Shown here: one piece after another, positions 38,301 through 51,400 of the stretch
How the letters are laid out: every line of letters starts with the position of its first letter
Position numbering within the stretch: position 1 is the stretch's first letter
Source of the DNA: Bilabrum cf. latius
Lineage: Eukaryota
Direction of reading: 5' to 3'
NCBI GenBank assembly: GCA_965178125.1
Contig: OZ237760.1
Coordinates: 124,001 to 188,000, forward strand
Length of the DNA stretch: 64,000 nucleotides
Translations under genes and position numbers: made by a program
Notes under the pieces: generated by a model
Database searches by the model: none
What the model was told of the DNA's origin: nothing
Seen by the model: the letters and a program-made list of their open reading frames with translations, nothing else

Positions 38301-41300
38301 CCTGGAGCCTCTAACCGCCATCTCTTGACGGAAGGTTCTGTCGAGCCGGCCAGATTGCCTGTGTACAGCGATCAATCGGTGCCCAGCCCGCCGCCGAGGC
38401 CCGGTCGCGGCAGCGGAGCCTCTCCCCGGCGCCGCGCACCAACGCTGGGCAGGCAGTATTCGGACAACCACCTTAGGGCAAGTCAGCGGCGGCTGCAAGG
38501 CTCCCAGAGGTTTCGGCCCATGGTAGAATCGATCCCAGAGGAACCTTCCTCGGGCAAATCGTTCAAGGTTCACAGCGGATCCAAGGGTGCTGCGCATACT
38601 AGCAGGTCGCAATCGGGCAGGGTAGCAGGTAGCTCCATTGTGCCACTTGCAGGCAGCAGTGGAGGCGGGCAGCCAGTGCGTCGAGCCACGGAGGGTTCCT
38701 CGGGACGATTGGGCAGCGCCCACGACTCGCTGGAGCTCGGTCCGGACCCGGCGTCGCAGGCACACGGCAGTGGCGGTGCAAGCGGTGCGACTGGTCGATA
38801 GGCGCACCGGAAGCAGTACCGTCACGGTCGCAGGCATCAGCATCAGCGATTCGGACTCGCGGCCCCTGTCGCAGCAGCAGCCCGGGCCCAGCTGGCGGAA
38901 AAGAGGCAGCGCCTCGTTGGGGCGCTAGCCAAGGGAAGTCACAGGGGGGACCGCGGGCTGGGTGGGGGGCACTCACGGCGGCTGTCATCCGGCTCGATGC
39001 ACAAGAGCAGGTCCGGGATCATCCACAGGAGGAAGAGGGCGTCGGCTCAGGACGTTGGGTCGGCTGGGCTCGGTGGGAGCGGCTCAAAGCAGTCCGATCA
39101 GTTCGCCGGAGGCCACCGTCTGGCGACCGGTCGGCGCATGCCATTCCGTGTGACGAGTTCGACGAACGTGAAGGCGGGGTCGCACGGACGGACTCGGCTA
39201 GGCAGCGCCAACTCGGCCACACTGGCTGCGGTAGGGTCGGTGGACTCGTCCGGAGGCGCTGGCGCGCATACCTTGCACCGCCCTGCAGGAGGCAGCGGGC
39301 TCTTGACTCGTGTTCGCAGTGGCGGGAGCGGTGGTGGAGCCGGGGCCTCTGACAGGGTTGCTATCCGTGGTGCCGGTGGGCAGCAGCTGTACTTTTAGAG
39401 GAATCGCGGGGGCAGCGACGGAGACCGCCTGTCTAGATCAGGGGACGGCAAGGCAGTGCCTGTGGCTGGGCTGGAAGATGAGGACGAGTACTACGACACG
39501 GGGACGGGAGCAGGTGCTGCGAGCGCGACAGGTCGGAGGGGATCGGTTGCATTTGAGCTTCGTCGGCAGCAGCGAGAGATTCTGCAGCAGCAGCAGCAGC
39601 ACCGGGGTCAGGCAGCCGGTAATGTGCTCAACGCTCCCGCGCGGGTACGCAGCACCAGCGCCCCGGTGGACCCGAAGCCCATGCTCCGAGACAGACCAAG
39701 CGCTCAGACCCGCACCACGAGGCAGGTTGCGCCCCATGCAAGTCCCCCAAGAGGACCGCGGGGTGCGCTGCCCACCATCCCAGACACCACGGAGACGAGT
39801 CTGCCAGGCGAGCGCACCAACACGCACGCCGGCTCCAACGGGAGCTCGTCCTCTCAGGCTGCAGAGACTGTGTCCGCGGTCAAGACGGAGTCTGTCTCGC
39901 GGGCGGGCACGGCAACGGACACCACAGGCAGCTCAAGCGGGGGTCCCTCGGGGACGAGAACCACCAACAATTCATCTTCGAGAGGGCGGTCTGACGGCAT
40001 GCACACGCCTCCACCGCGCGGGAGGCAGGACCAGGCCCATGGCAAGCGCCCACGAGTGGTTGACGCGTAGGGAGGGGCGATAGAGATTAACCGTTTCACA
40101 TCTGATGGATCCCCCGAAGGATCCAACGGAGTGCACTCGGAATCCAGGGGCGGCAGCCAGGGCGACCCAACCGCTTCCACCACTGAAGTCGGTCGCAGCA
40201 AGGTACAAGAGGGCCCATTAGATCCCAGGGAACAATCAACCGCTCCCATCAGCGGCATGTCGCCTTCCATCAACTCCGAGCGACACACTAGGATGCATGA
40301 GGGCACAGCGGGCCCCGGCAGGTCGCCCCAAGACGCAAGCAGAGACTCATCGGCGCTGCTCGCAGGGCTGGATGCGGGCCATGAGGCATCCATGCTGTCG
40401 GCTGGGCACCAGGGGCACACACCCTCCCCCGCGCGTGGTCGGAGGCAGAGCCCTGGTAACCGATCGGGGACCGGATCGGGATCGGCCCACTATGCAAACT
40501 CGCAGCAGCCATCTGGCGCTAGCACGGTTGGACTTGGGATGGTGTCTGGCGGCGATAACCGTACCGGTACGCAGGTGACGAACACCACCGCCAACACAGG
40601 CACAACCAGTACCGGGAACACAAGCAAGACCAGCGGACACTCCACGATCGGCCCGCTTGTCACCATAGAAAGCGCCGCTAGGAAGTCGCCTGGGTCTCCG
40701 CAGAGAGCCTCGCCCGTGAGGGTGCATCCCGACGAGGACCCGGTGCAAGAGGGCGCCGCGCGCGGGGCCGAGTACCCGTCTGGCCTGCTTGTTCGGTAGC
40801 CTGTGTTGGAGCACGACATGCAACACCACTATGACGAGGATGTCGCGGACTTGCCCCCCCGGACCCCGTCTGTGTCACCGGTCAAGCCTCGTCAGGGAAC
40901 CGGCGCACTGCTGCAGGGGCCCACAGTGGTGCGCAAGGTCACTGGAAGCCTATGTCTCGACACCTGCACGCAGTCCTCGAGCTGTGACTACACGTGCTGT
41001 GGGTGCTTCGCGAGGTGCTGTCCGTGCTGTCTGCCGCCGGAGATTTTCGTGGAGAGTCACGACCCCGGGATGCTAGTGTCCTAGGGTAAGCTAGGCGCGC
41101 GTTGCCTACGGCGATGGCTAGTCTGCCTCGACCTCCGCATCTTCTGCAGCTGGTTCTGGATCTGTAACGACGTGTGCTCGGCTGGTATCCGGTCGGGCAC
41201 GTCCGCACCGGTAGAAAATGAGACCCCCGAGGAGCTGAAACGGAGGCAGGAGTTCGAAGACAACGTAGTGCTTGAAGAAGCAGAGACGCTGCAGACGTCT

Positions 41301-44300
41301 GCGTGGGTGCGTGCGTTGTGCTGCAGGCTGCAACTGCACTTTTCCGACGCGGATACGGAGCAGGTCTTCTAGATGGTGTGGCTGCAAGATGCATACGCTG
41401 GGTTTCAGAGGTTTGTTGGACTTCTGGTGGTGCTGCTGCTCGCCGAACTCATCGCCGCGCTCCCGGCAGCACGCCCCACCGAGGGCGTGGTCCTCGTGTC
41501 GATAGCCGTCGCGGCCATTGGGATTGCCGTGCTGGCTCGGTCGACGTTCCACCAGGATATTCTGCCCGAGACGAACGACGAAGTGGATGTCAGCCGGCTG
41601 CTGAGAGACGCGAGGAGGAAGCGCAAGGTGCAAGAGGCCAAGATCAGGAGCTAGCAGCGGCTGGTGGTGCTGGCTGAAGGCAGGTCAGCGGCTAGTGCGC
41701 GAATCATGCACGTTCCTTAGGACCCGCATGGCGTGCTGGCCTCCCGGTCCAAGCGTGCGAGCGATGGGCTTGGTTCGGGCGCTGGCATGGCCATGCAGCG
41801 CGCCGCAGAGTCCAAGCGCGAGATGGAGCAGCAGAGGAGAGCGAGGTCCGTGCAGATCGACACAGAAGCCAGGGCTGGGGCAAGGGATCTGTCGGACGGT
41901 GGGAGCGGTAGAGTGCCGCGATCGGATAGCACCGGCACAGGCAACCAGAGTCACGGGCTCGATGGCAAGTTTTCCATGTCAGGGAGCCACCACACGCTGT
42001 CTGTGGACGGCAGGACGACAGAAGTGGGCATGTCTAGGGGTGGATCTGGCTTCGATAGCAGGTCGATGTCAGGTAAGCTGATGGGAGCGAGATTGCGCGC
42101 GGGTACTAGCAGCCGAATGACGGACGACTCTGACGACCGCATGCGCATTCGAGGGCACGTAAACTCTCGAGGGCACGACTCGAGGGGCTAGAGGACCAAC
42201 ACATTCGGGTCAGGATACCCAGCGTCGGCCATGCCCCATCTGACTGAGGACGTGCGCTACACAACCATCGACTCCAACTCGCACATGGGCTCCCTTGGCG
42301 CTGCGAGCAGAGAGGTGGGGTCGCACGACGACGGTAGCAAGGGCTCGACCGAGTCGGGTGGTGGCAAGCCAGGCAAAGTCAGTGCGCCCAAGCCCGGCCT
42401 GCAGTCCAGGCGGAATAGGCACCAGCCGATGCTGGACATCCCAGTTGAGGTGACACCGTTCTCACCAAGCGTGCTTACCGTGTCAGAGCCTCAAACAACG
42501 TCCTCGTCCAGCGGGATTCCCGCGTCGGCCCGATCCCAGTCCAGGTCAAGAGACAGGTCCGGGCCTTCGAGCCACTCTTCGCGCTCGTTCGCACGCGTTG
42601 AGGTGGAGCAGCAGCAGCGGAAAGACTCTCGCGACAGCCGGGCCAGCGGGGCCGGAGGCACGCAGCCGCCCGGGCTGATCGAGGAGACCTTTGTCACGCG
42701 AGCTTCCGGAGCAGCACCCGGCCGTGGGCCCGACGGCGACGCCACCGCGCTCGAAGTGTCGCGTGCCAGCAGAGGGAGCAGGGGCAGTCGAAGGCGAGGC
42801 CGCGGCAGGGAGCGCAGCGGACCAGCAGAGGTGGGGACTCCAACGGGAGGTGCGGTGGCACTGGATGCGGTGCCGCGCGCACGGCGGTCCAACACGTCGC
42901 ACTCGCGCAGGGACGTGCGGGACGTCACCGCCTCCCCGTCCGCGCAGAACCGCGGCAGGCGTAGATCGAGCATTCGCAGTATGGGAAGGAGGATATCAGG
43001 TTCCGCGGTACCGGCCACCACGACTGGCGCGGGATACAACCCCTTTTCAGCCAACGCTGCGATGGAACAGGTGATCGAGGGCCAGCGGCAGCGACAGCGC
43101 GGGGCCTCTGAGGACGCTAGACGACTCGGTATGCTGACCACCAGGGGCAGGCAGGGTAGCTCCAAGCGGAGCTTCTTCGGGTCACGCACGCCGAGGGGCA
43201 GCACGGGCGGCATGCACAAGGGTTTCGACTTTTCGATGGGCTCCCGAGGCATGCACAGGGGCCAATCGGTCGCCGTGGATCGCTCCCACGAAGGCATGGA
43301 CTCGTCCTCCAACAAGAGCAGAGAGAGCTCCCCCGCCAAGACTCCCATGAAGCGCAGCCAGACTGCCGCCATCAAGCCGCAGAGCACCGGCGGCCGGCGG
43401 CGGTTCTCGCTGCACGTGAGGGCCGTCGTAGCCGCGGCCCGAATAAGCAAGCGCAGCAAGGCCCGGGTGGTGGAGAAGGTCAGCTCCCTGGGTCGGGAGC
43501 TAGGGGCCACCTCGGTGGGGACAGAGGGCGACTCTTCGGGTCCTGGCACGCGCGGCGAAAGCTCGCTCATGGACGCATCGCGGGCCTCCCGCAGGTCGGG
43601 CTCGCGTCGCGAGGGAAGCAGCGGCGGACGGGGCAGGAAGCATCGCCCCAGCCTGCGACTGGACATCAAGGGCATGCAGGGCAAGTCTCCGTACAGAGGC
43701 CGGAGACGGTCGGTGGCTGGTGTTCCAGGGGCCGTGGCGAGCCTCACGAGTGCGTCTCAGGGAAGCGGTTCGTTGCCAAGCTCGTTCATCACCAACAGCA
43801 CTACGTCTGGCGGGGCCGGTGGGCAGGCGCAGAGCAACACCCCTTTCTCTTTACCAATGCGCAGCGTCTCTGGGCATCACTCCAGCGCGCACCTGGCCGG
43901 GAGCAGTCACGGGCGGCAGGGAACAGTGGCCAGCATGATGGTGTCCGAGGCGTCCTCGAGGAGCATGGTCACGCCTAAAGGGGGGCAAGCAGTGCCCGCA
44001 GTGCCTTCCCTTGCGTCGCCACATGCGGAAGAGGCTGCTTTCCACAGGAATCCCTACGAGAACGCCATGAGCAGCACGCCGCTGCCAAAGGCATCCATGG
44101 CCTCGATCGTCGAAGAGAGTGAGCCCAGCCCGCGGCACGCCCGCGGTAGGAGCCAGAGCAGGGACAGGGACCTGTCGGGGAGCCAAGAAGACCGCGCCTC
44201 GAAGGCTACTTCTGGTGCTAACGTACCCATGACTCTGTCATCTGCGGGACATAGCAGGGGCGGCAGTATTGCAGACGGCACCCGGATTCCCCTTGCTGGC

Positions 44301-47300
44301 CACGAGAGGGGTCCGAGCGGGTCGCAGCCGTCCATCGTGGCCAGCAAGCACGAGCACTGCGGCAAGGCAGGCGGCAAAAGAGGCAAGCCTATGGGCCGCC
44401 TCAGGATACAGACGGGCAGGCGAGGCCGCCGGCACTCGCTGGGAGTCTCTGCTCCACAGTTGGTGGACATCCGCCACGCACTTCATGACAACGGCGCTGT
44501 GCGGCGCGCGCCCAAGCTCAGCATCGATGTGTCTACAGTGGCCTCGTCCGGCAAGCCAACGGTGGGTGCCATGCGAGGCAGAGGGCCGTCCGCTGAAGAC
44601 GACAACAGCACGAATGTCGGCGACCCCAGCCTCGTGTCACCGGGCCTCGATATGCCGATGCTCACGTCCGGCCTGGATGCCTCGGCTGCGTCCGCCCTGC
44701 AGAGCGGGTCACCATCATCCCCCTTGGTGGGCCAAATGGAAGTCGCATCTTCGTCCCAAAACAGCAGCCGCGTGGGCCATAGCGGACCAGTGGCATCACC
44801 AGGAACGCCGGTCCCGCTGCAAGGACAAGGTCAAGGATCCGGGCTATTCTCATTGGAGAGCTAGAAGGCGTCCCCAGAACGGATCTCCGGCGATGATTTG
44901 AGGCGAGGTAGAAGCGGCGAGGCAAGCGGGGTGCGGAGAGGATAGGGAAGCCGCGACAAGCGTCGGCCTGGCGTCCCCTCCCCCCCGCCCCGCCAGAGCG
45001 CGGCCAAACCGAGGCGGCCTGCGGGTGCCGGGCCCTCCGATGCGTCTGCCTCCGATCCAGTCGGGGCGTCTGCAGGCGGCCTCACCGACGATGGTGGTGG
45101 CGTGCAGGTGTTGCTGCGGGGCGCCTCGATCGACGATTCAGATACGGCGTCAGCAAGCAGCAGTGTTGACCCAATGCAGCGCGAGTCTAAGCACGCCCAA
45201 ATCCACCCCGCTTCGGCCCCGCTCGGGAGAGAACCAGAGGCGGACAGCAGCAGCGGCAGCGCGGATAGCGATGGGGTGCACGGCGGTACGTGGGGCGAGT
45301 CGATGCGTCACGAGCAAGCAGCAGCTCGGCCTGGCTCGCTGGTCGGTGGCAGTGGCCTCCCGCCTGCGCACAGCCATCCGAATCGACCCGCTGGTCTACC
45401 CGCCCTCTAGACTGACTTGCCGGACCATCGGCATGCGGCTGCCGGGAGTTTAGCATCGCAGGAGATCGAGCCCCGCAGGAAGCACTCGCGCCCAACGGAT
45501 ACCTGGGAAGAAATGGGGAGCTTTTTCTGGTGGGTCCTCGAGTCTGCCGTGAACGCCACTCCGTTGTGTCTCCGCACCTTCTAGGCGGCATGGGCGGTTA
45601 CCATGCTGCTACTAGTGGCACACACGGTGCTCGCTGGAATTCTTATAGCGCGCCGGATGGCTGGAGGAGCGGGTCCGCTGACCGTGGGCATGGCTGAGCG
45701 AGAGGCCGGTTCCATCTACTACGACCAGGAAGCCACGCCCGTATAGCAGGAGATGTGCTACATCCCCGCAGTGCCCCTCTTGGTGATGCTGCCGGCCTTT
45801 TCGATCTTTAGCGTGGGACTAGTGCCGCAGCTGGTGCTTCAGCTTGGAGCAGTGGGCATGTACCTGGTGGTCATGGCTGCTTCGGGGTGGCTGGACCAGG
45901 ACGTCTGCCCAACCAAGGGGGTCGCATTCGCGGTTGCCACGCTCTTGCATCCCGCCCTGCTGGTGGTGGCGTTTGCTGCAGGTCGGGAGGCCACGGCTCG
46001 CAGGGCGCTGCTGCTGCAGCTGGCCAGTCGAAGAGCCCGCAAGCAGGCCGACGGCGTGCTAGCGAAGCTGCTTCCGAAGAGTGTGAACGACCGGCTTATC
46101 CGCGGGGAGGCCGTGCCGTTCGAGTACCACGACTACAGCATGGTCATTCTTTGGGCAGATCTGGTTGGTTTCACGGCGGTCAGCAGCACCATTTCCTCGG
46201 AGAGAGCCATGGTTCTGTTGAACGAGCTGTACAGCCGCTTCGACCAGTACATCGACGAGGAGCCCACCCTCTTCAAGCTGGACACGATCGGAGATGCCTA
46301 TGTGATTGTGTCCTGGGTGGACGACGAGTCCACTCCAGAGGGGGAGGGCCAGGGTCAGGCCAAGCATGGGAGCGCCGGCGGGCCGGGAAAGAGCAAGCGA
46401 CAGTCCGTTGCGACTCCATCCGGCACGGGTGCCACAGCGCGAAGCATGTCGCAGCATGGCAATGACGCGGACAACAGCCAGCAGCAGAGGGGTTTCGGCA
46501 ATGGCGTTGCTGCAGGCCAGGGATCAGCGCGTCACGCCTCGAACGCCACAACTGCAGAGGAGGAGCAGGAGAAAGAAGAGGCGGAGCGCGCCAAGGCAGA
46601 GGCCCGGAGGAAGCGCATGGAGGAGCAGGCCCCCGTGTCGCTGGAGAGGATCCTCAGGGTGGCCTGCCGCATGCAGGAAGCCGTCGAGTTCATCTCCGCA
46701 AAGTACGACAAGAAGATCGGCATTCGGATCGGGGTGCACGCCGGTCCTGTGGCCACTGCCATCATCGGTACCCTGCGCCCGCGCCTGATGGTGTTTGGCC
46801 CCACAGTGCTGGAGAGCGAGGCGATGGAGAGCGAAGGCAGAGAGGGGCGCATTCAGGTGTCCGAGGCGGCATACAAGCTCTATCTCAGGAGGGCATTCCG
46901 CTTCAGGCAGAGGAGCACGCTGCCTGAGCCGGTGGTGCCGTTCAGCACGGAACCGGCTCCCATGTTGAAGCGAAGGCTCAAGGAGATAGTGAGAGACCAA
47001 TCGTAGGGAGTGGTAGGCCAGGAAGGTGGCGATGGCAATCCGCCCACGCCTGCCAGCACTAGCAAGCGAGGGCAGCTCAAGTGGAGCACATGGCTGCCTG
47101 AGGCATCAACCGAGGAGGAGGAGGAAGATGAGGAGAATTTTGTCCTGAAGGGACCGCGGGGTGGGGTGCCTTTCAACTTGTTCGGAGGAACAGGAGAGTA
47201 TCCAAGCATGATGGGAAGCGGAAGCGTGCTGATGTCAACCATGCGGCCGCCACCCGAGGCCACCCCAGTCACTGGTACACCCGGCTCTATCCAGCCCGAG

Positions 47301-48287
47301 TACGGCGCCCCGCCTCGCTCCATGCAGGCAACGCAGGCCTTTGCCAGCATGCACGGGACCGGCATGGCGGGGGGCTACTTGGGCGTGGCCGCAGGGGCGA
47401 CGCTGCCACCGCGGCGCGACGGCCTCGGCGCCCTCAGGTCGTACTGGCTCGACAGCGCCAGCGTGAGGCGTTCGCTGCAGATGCAGCCCGCGACAAGGCA
47501 TCGAGGGCGGACCGGCAGGAGCCGCGGCAAGAGGTAGAGCAAGAGGGGCAGGCGATCAAGCGCCGCGGGGAGTCGTCTCGACGCTGAGATGGGCAGGGTG
47601 ATGCAGAACGGCGAGGGGGCCGGCAACAACGGCACGGGGCGGTCCAACCGCATGCCCCGCCCCTCGAGCGGGGGCGAAAGTTCGGCCTCAAAGAACACGT
47701 CTGTGACAGGAATGACGAGTGCAGTCGGCGGGGCGGAGTATCATGGCTCCCTGGACGAGAGCGGGGACGTGTTTGGCCTCGGTCTCGGCGGGGTGCATCC
47801 CAGCAGCAGCAGCAGGCGTGGGGCGGGCCCCTCTGGCGAGAGTGCAGGTGCAGGTGCAGGTGCAGGCAGGGACCAAGGCGGCCCCAATGTGCTCAGTTGG
47901 GCGGATAGCGGGTCTGCGAGTCGGTCCGGGAGCGTGGTGTCGCACACGATGCAACTGGAAACCACGATCGGGCAGGGGAGAGGGGGCAGCAGCGGCAGCA
48001 GCACAGGCATGGGAATTGCGGGGTCGGGTGGTTAGCCTCGACGGAGAGTGTCCGACAACGGTGCGGTGGGTGCGGGAATGACGTACGGACGCGCAGCGCT
48101 GGCGGAGGCCGAGGCGGCGGAGAGATCAGCGGGTGGCGGGCGGCCCAGAGTACTTTAGAGCAGCAGCGGGTCCGGTCGCAGCAACAACTCTCGAGGAGGC
48201 GGTGGATCCGCCAAAGAGCTGCTGCAGCCGTACGGCCCCAGCGCGTTCGGGATGAAGCGAGGCATTTCCGTGATGCACGAAATGTGA
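26385..48287 (+). CDS. Giant membrane-bound class III nucleotidyl cyclase (M1-C1-M2-C2 pseudo-heterodimer, probably guanylyl cyclase), ~7300 aa in one frame with ~45 TAGs; TGA stop
   Basis: A chain of + strand ORFs from 26385 to 48035 shares one frame and each ends in TAG; the gaps read by hand contain no TAA/TGA. TM block ~26660-27660. C1: YKIESVQNCY (~27957), IGMHSGPVTAGVVG...GDTVNVSSRM (~28830-28935), RGRIPVKGKGMMKTYF (~30170). C2: ILWADLVGFT (~46146), DTIGDAY (~46281), IRIGVHAGP (~46722). Confidence 0.85.
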
Positions 48288-48483
48288 GTGCCCCGATCCG
48301 TTGATCAATCCATGGAATGAATCATTCTAAACGAGTCGTGTTTGGTAATGCTGGCCAATCGAGCCACCCCCGTGGATCCGGTTCCGAATCACGCTTTCCA
48401 CGTGAACAAGCACATACGTAGAGAATCCCACGCAAACTATCCAGGCAAGGAATTTTTATTTAGTTTCTTACTCCAGAAGCGAC

Positions 48484-51400
48484 ATGCTTATATTTGCCTC
48501 AATGATGCTCTTTGGAGTTCATTGGCAAGTTGCAGCAACCTTTGTTAGCTTCTAGGAGGCCACCGAAAAGCAAGCACACGCAACGCTGTTTGCTGGGACA
48601 ACAGCTACTGTGGGAAACTTACCAAATTTATTTGTATCGTCCAGTCCAAGCCTACTGTTTGCCCCGGGCCCAAACACAGACCGGAATGTCGCGAGCATGG
48701 CTGGCTGCAAGACAGTCGGCGAGACCGTAGCTTGCAATGTGTCGCTTTCAGAGCAACCAGGGGACTATGTGTTTGGTGTTGCATCGGTGCAGCCGGGATC
48801 GACTGTCCTTGTTCGAGCTCTCAGCCGGCAGGCAGACTTGGACCACCCGGTGGGGATTTCAGATTCGTTCGCCCCTGGCATCCCAGGTAGCCCGCTCGAG
48901 AACGACACTAGGCAAAGCGATAAGTTGTATAAGGCCTACAATGTTGTAGATATGGGAAATTCGACGGTTTCCAGAACGAAATCCCTCGGCTTACAGCTGG
49001 AAGGCGCACCCCCCACCACATCAGCTGGAGGACCCCGTATTTCGGCAGGAATCTCGACAGCAAGTCCTTTTGCAGCTCTGTATGCTGCTCCTATAAACGT
49101 GAGCGTGGTACTAGCGCCATTGGACCCTAGCCTGCAGCAAGGCCCAGCAGTGGCATCGGTGGGTCTCTTGGCAGGCGGCTGCGATCTTGCGCCTGCAGCG
49201 CGGGAGTATTCTGGGTCTGAGGGGGTCCGTACCGTGAGTAATCAATCCTGCTCCCACGCACTGTGGTTAGAAGTGGACTGGAGCAACTAGAGCGCCACCG
49301 CCCGCTCCGCATCGGCGGCAGGTGACATTGACCTCTGGGGCCCAGTGAGCCTGCAGGGCCTCTGCCCTTCCTCTGGATAGCACGCTGGCCCAGATTCGTT
49401 CCGTCTGTAGGCAAGATTCACCTGGGAGGTGATGGTCCTTGCTATTGAATGTGCCGACTCCAGTGCCGGCAAGCCGATCAGGGTCGTGCTCCAGCACGGG
49501 GTGCAGGTGGGCCAGTTCGGGGACGGGCGCGGGGACGCTTCCCTCTTCCTCGGGGCCCGATGTCCCGAGCACTCGTCAGGGCTATCATCTGTGCATGGCA
49601 ACTCAAAGTGCGTAGCATACTTTAGGGACCTGGTGGTGGTGCAGGACCTGGCTCCCCGGCTCACGCCGGCGGTGATGGGCCCTGTCATGGAGGGCACCTT
49701 TATGCGCAGCCAGCCCCTCGGCCTGGAACACGAGGCCGATGCACGGCTCGGCATCCTGGACGTCACAAAAGGGCCGTTCTTCGTACAGGCCAACGATAGT
49801 ACTGTGTCAGGGGCAGAAGCCGCGTCGATTGCGAGCTGGAACGCGTTCGCCATGCAGCAAGCTGTCCACTATGCCGTGTCGAGAAACCTCCAGCTGTACC
49901 TGCCGTCGGGCCGATACCCCGTGGACAAGCCCATCATCGCGCAGTAGAAAGGGCCCCTCCCCGTCAAATATCCACCGTCGGTTGGATGGAATGACACGCT
50001 CATGGGCGGGGATTCGCGCGTCGGTGCGCTGGCAATGAGGGGACAGCTGAGGGCCTGGGGCCATCCAGGGGCGTGCTGCGAGGCAGCGTGCCGCCCATAG
50101 GATCGCATCATGGTGCATCGGACTGCTGTGCGAGGTATTCAGGGCTACTCGATCCCATTGTACTCTGAAACAGGTAGCAGCAGCCTCGTTGACGCGCGGT
50201 GCTACACCACGGATCGCTCTTCTGACGCGCCGAGGCAGGTCTCCATTGGATCGCCAACTGCCCGCGCCAGCATTGTCTTGCCAGCCAGAACGCCCGGCTT
50301 CACCGATCCTCACAACGTCACGGCCGTCCTTCAAATGGTCCGCTTCAATGCGCGCACCCCCCCTCACACGCTGCGCGAGGACAAGAGCAACGATCTCTTT
50401 AACACGGTGGTCGCCAGCCTCGACGTGCAGGTGCAAGAGGGCAACTTTGGAGCTGCGGGAATCCGCGCGCGAGGCGCGCAGGGCACTGACGTGGAGGACG
50501 TGATAATTAACCTGGGGCCAGATGGGGCAGTGGGACTGTCTGGCGTATCTGGATCGGGAGGCATGCACGCCGGCATCACGGTGATTGGCGGGCGATGGGC
50601 CGCAGATCTTCGGTACGCCCAGCCTGCCGGCACGTTTGCCATGTGGTCCATGCTGAACCAGTCCTGCGGCGCGTTCGTGTTTACGTCCCAGGGCGGGGGC
50701 ACGCTGGTGGGCGCCAACATAACAAGGACGAGCGCTTGGGAAAGGGCCGGCAGGCTTGCTGCCATGGTCCAGGGCTCATCGGGAGGAGCATGGCCAGGTG
50801 GTGCGGGCGCAGCGCGTGAGACTGTGCTGCAACAGGTGCTTGACATGCCGGTGATGGCGTCTGGCGGGGCGTAGGCTCTCCCGAACGTGACTGAAGAGCA
50901 CCCCTGCTACCTGCCTCCCAGCTGGTTCACCTCGGATCACGTCTCGGACAGGGACGGCTCCTTCGGAACTCTGTCCGTGGTAGACTCCGTGGTGCACGTC
51001 TATTCGGACGGAGATCTGGGAGGGAACGCTTCTTCTTCTTCTTCTTCTTCCAATTCCCCAGCCACTGTCATTCTCAAAGCGCAGGAACCGGCCATTTTCT
51101 AGCAGGTGCACGTGCTGGGTCTGCGTGAAGGTGACTTCCTCATCCAGCAGATCCCGTGGAATGCAACTGAGAACGGCGCAGCCCCCGTTGCAGCAGTGCA
51201 GGTGCCACAACCAGCTTTCCCATCACAGAGTCGGAAGCAGGCTGGGAGTGGCAACGCGGCAACGAGCTGGGTCATGGCAGATATTGCTCTCGTATCTCAC
51301 ACGGGGGCACCCCACTCGTACAAGAAGGACCAGCCGTTCACATTTGGCAAGCAGGCTCAGATTGGCGGGCGTGACGTCGTTTTGAACAACTATACCCGTG

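Noticed and set aside
26385-48287. Treating the cyclase region as ~30 small genes or as two separate cyclases
   Set aside because: All fragments share one frame joined by TAG with no intergenic-like gaps, and C1 and C2 carry complementary halves of one active site.
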